NCBI GenBank assembly: GCA_020853895.1
Contig: JADYYB010000121.1
Location: 470 to 64,469 of the forward strand
Reading direction: 5' to 3'
Length of the DNA: 64,000 nt
Source of the DNA: Bauldia sp.
GTDB taxonomy: Bacteria > Pseudomonadota > Alphaproteobacteria > Rhizobiales > Kaistiaceae
Part shown: positions 62,943 through 64,000 of the stretch, in pieces
Numbering within the stretch: position 1 is the first letter of the stretch
How the letters are laid out: every line of letters begins with the position of its first letter
Notes under the pieces: generated by a model
What the model was told of the DNA's origin: nothing
Databases searched by the model: none
The model's input: the letters and a program-made list of their open reading frames with translations, nothing else
Translations under genes and position numbers: made by a program

Positions 62943-63377
62943 TCACCGTGCGCGCGTTATCGCGACTTCCAGATCCGACATTGGCGTGAGTTCTGCGGCC
63001 CCTGCGGGATAGCCGTTGAACGACAAGACGAAGGCGAGGATGTCGAGATATTCTTGGTCCGACAGGCTCCCTCCGGCGCCGAGGGGCATGGTCGTCCTGA
63101 TCCGCTCGAACCTCTCGCCGATCGTCTTGCCGACCCATTGCAGCGTGAAGGAGAAGTCGGTCAGTGCCGGAGCTTCCGGATCGGTAGAGACGAGATCCGG
63201 CCCATGACAGGCCGCACAAGCCGCAGCGTAGGACGCTTGCCCGCGCTCGGCCTGTGCGGCCTGGAAGACACCGTCCCACGCCGTCCGCTGTTGGGCGTGG
63301 ATCGGCCCGCCCCATAGGACGGCGAAGCCCAACACACCACTAGCTGCCGCGACCGCCCATTTTCGTGCAGAGCACAA
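62943..63377 (-). CDS. monohaem c-type cytochrome, periplasmic
   Basis: 144 aa. The TTG start lies 2 nt after the upstream stop. It has a signal peptide, then CAACH and a distal Met candidate in RTTMPLG. Confidence 0.8.
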   Translation of the reverse strand: MCSARKWAVAAASGVLGFAVLWGGPIHAQQRTAWDGVFQAAQAERGQASYAAACAACHGPDLVSTDPEAPALTDFSFTLQWVGKTIGERFERIRTTMPLGAGGSLSDQEYLDILAFVLSFNGYPAGAAELTPMSDLEVAITRAR

Positions 63378-63379
63378 CG

Positions 63380-64000
63380 TCAGGTCCTCCAGTAGCGTTC
63401 ATAGGGATCTCTCTCGGGCAGGACCCGGGCGGCGATTGTCACGCGCTTATCCTCGTCTATTTCGATCGTCTGAGATGGCGCCTCGATATTGTCGCCCAGC
63501 ACCGCTAGGCGGAAGGTTCCGCGCGGCACCCTCATGAACGCTTTGCCCTCGCGGTCGGTCACGCTCCGATAGGGACCTGATCGAACAACGATATCAGCGA
63601 CCGGCGCGTTCTTGTCCTTGTCGACGACCTCGATCGTCAAGAGACACTCGGGGGGCTTGGTGACGACACAGGAGAAGGATGCCCCTGCCTGCCTCCCGTG
63701 ATGTGCCCGGCCAAAGCCGGCTCCTATCCGAGCCGACCAGCGACGCAGCCCCTCGCCCGCCGGTGCCAGCACATCGATCATCGTCCAATGGAGGCATTCC
63801 GTGCCGCTCCAGGGCACAATGCCGAGTTCGCCGCATCCGACCACCGCGCCTTCCGCGTCGACGATCTCAATCGGCTCGTCGGCCAAGTCGCATCCAGCGC
63901 TGCACTTCGCGCCCACCTTGACGCCGAACCATCCCCGGCTGCTCACGGGCGACGGGTTGTCCCACACAGCCAGGCTGAGAACGTGCTCCTTCGTCTCAAA
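63380..64000 (-). CDS. hypothetical protein, 5' end probably beyond the window
   Basis: Track ORF 63380..63967 starts at a GTG, but the frame stays open to position 64000 (FETKEHVLSLAVWDNP...). The C-terminal part resembles a carboxypeptidase-regulatory-like beta-sandwich (LTIEVVDKDKNAPVADIVVRSGPYRSVTDREGKAFMRVPRGTFRL). Confidence 0.45.
   Translation of the reverse strand, partial: FETKEHVLSLAVWDNPSPVSSRGWFGVKVGAKCSAGCDLADEPIEIVDAEGAVVGCGELGIVPWSGTECLHWTMIDVLAPAGEGLRRWSARIGAGFGRAHHGRQAGASFSCVVTKPPECLLTIEVVDKDKNAPVADIVVRSGPYRSVTDREGKAFMRVPRGTFRLAVLGDNIEAPSQTIEIDEDKRVTIAARVLPERDPYERYWRT

Overview
GC-rich chromosomal segment, alphaproteobacterium-like by gene content and G/C-biased third codon positions. 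Almost all of it is given over to anaerobic or microoxic respiration and molybdenum metabolism. No rRNA, tRNA, CRISPR or intact mobile element was seen.

Main blocks:
1. 1-14.3 kb, stress and hypoxia-type genes: Hsp20, a CocE/NonD hydrolase, an unusual ACP-pta / ackA-acpS cluster, a CBS+BON protein, patatin, a frameshifted dgkA, DUF302 and an M50 site-2 protease.
2. 14.5-20.8 kb, O2-independent ubiquinone synthesis: ubiD-ubiX plus an unknown 252-aa gene, divergent from ubiT-ubiU-ubiV, followed by an FnrN/FnrL-type regulator.
3. 21.8-28.4 kb: a ZIP transporter, moeA, nnrU, a PAS-SARP regulator, a Cys-rich mini-ORF, moaD, moaA and mobB.
4. 28.4-39.9 kb, one long minus-strand nitrate-respiration operon: small ORF, DUF59-like gene, narG, narH, narJ, narI fused to a dihaem cytochrome c, two narK genes, mobB and moaA.
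5. 40.2-42.8 kb: nnrS-hemN.
6. 43.3-49.9 kb, a non-canonical haem-copper oxidase operon: CuA subunit II, a B-family-like subunit I lacking the cross-linked Tyr, SenC, a cytochrome b/2x[4Fe-4S]/MvhD fusion, an anchored unknown protein and hemerythrin, with a divergent cytochrome c. This is the best candidate for an undescribed system, either sNOR-like NO reductase or a new respiratory module.
7. 51.4-58.6 kb: DUF364, a type II (BtuCD/MolBC-like) ABC importer behind tandem AT-rich Mo-box-like palindromes, a ModE N-domain regulator and an orphan cytoplasmic molybdoenzyme.
8. 58.7-64 kb: DUF454, an internally deleted erythromycin-esterase homologue, a DLH-PRTase fusion, a second Fnr-type regulator and a cytochrome c.

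Six perfect TTGA-N6-TCAA FNR/FixK boxes and two variants sit in promoter positions, tying much of the window into one low-oxygen regulon.

All family assignments come from reading the translated ORFs by eye. No database search was run. Many long ORFs in the track are antisense shadows of real genes and were ignored.
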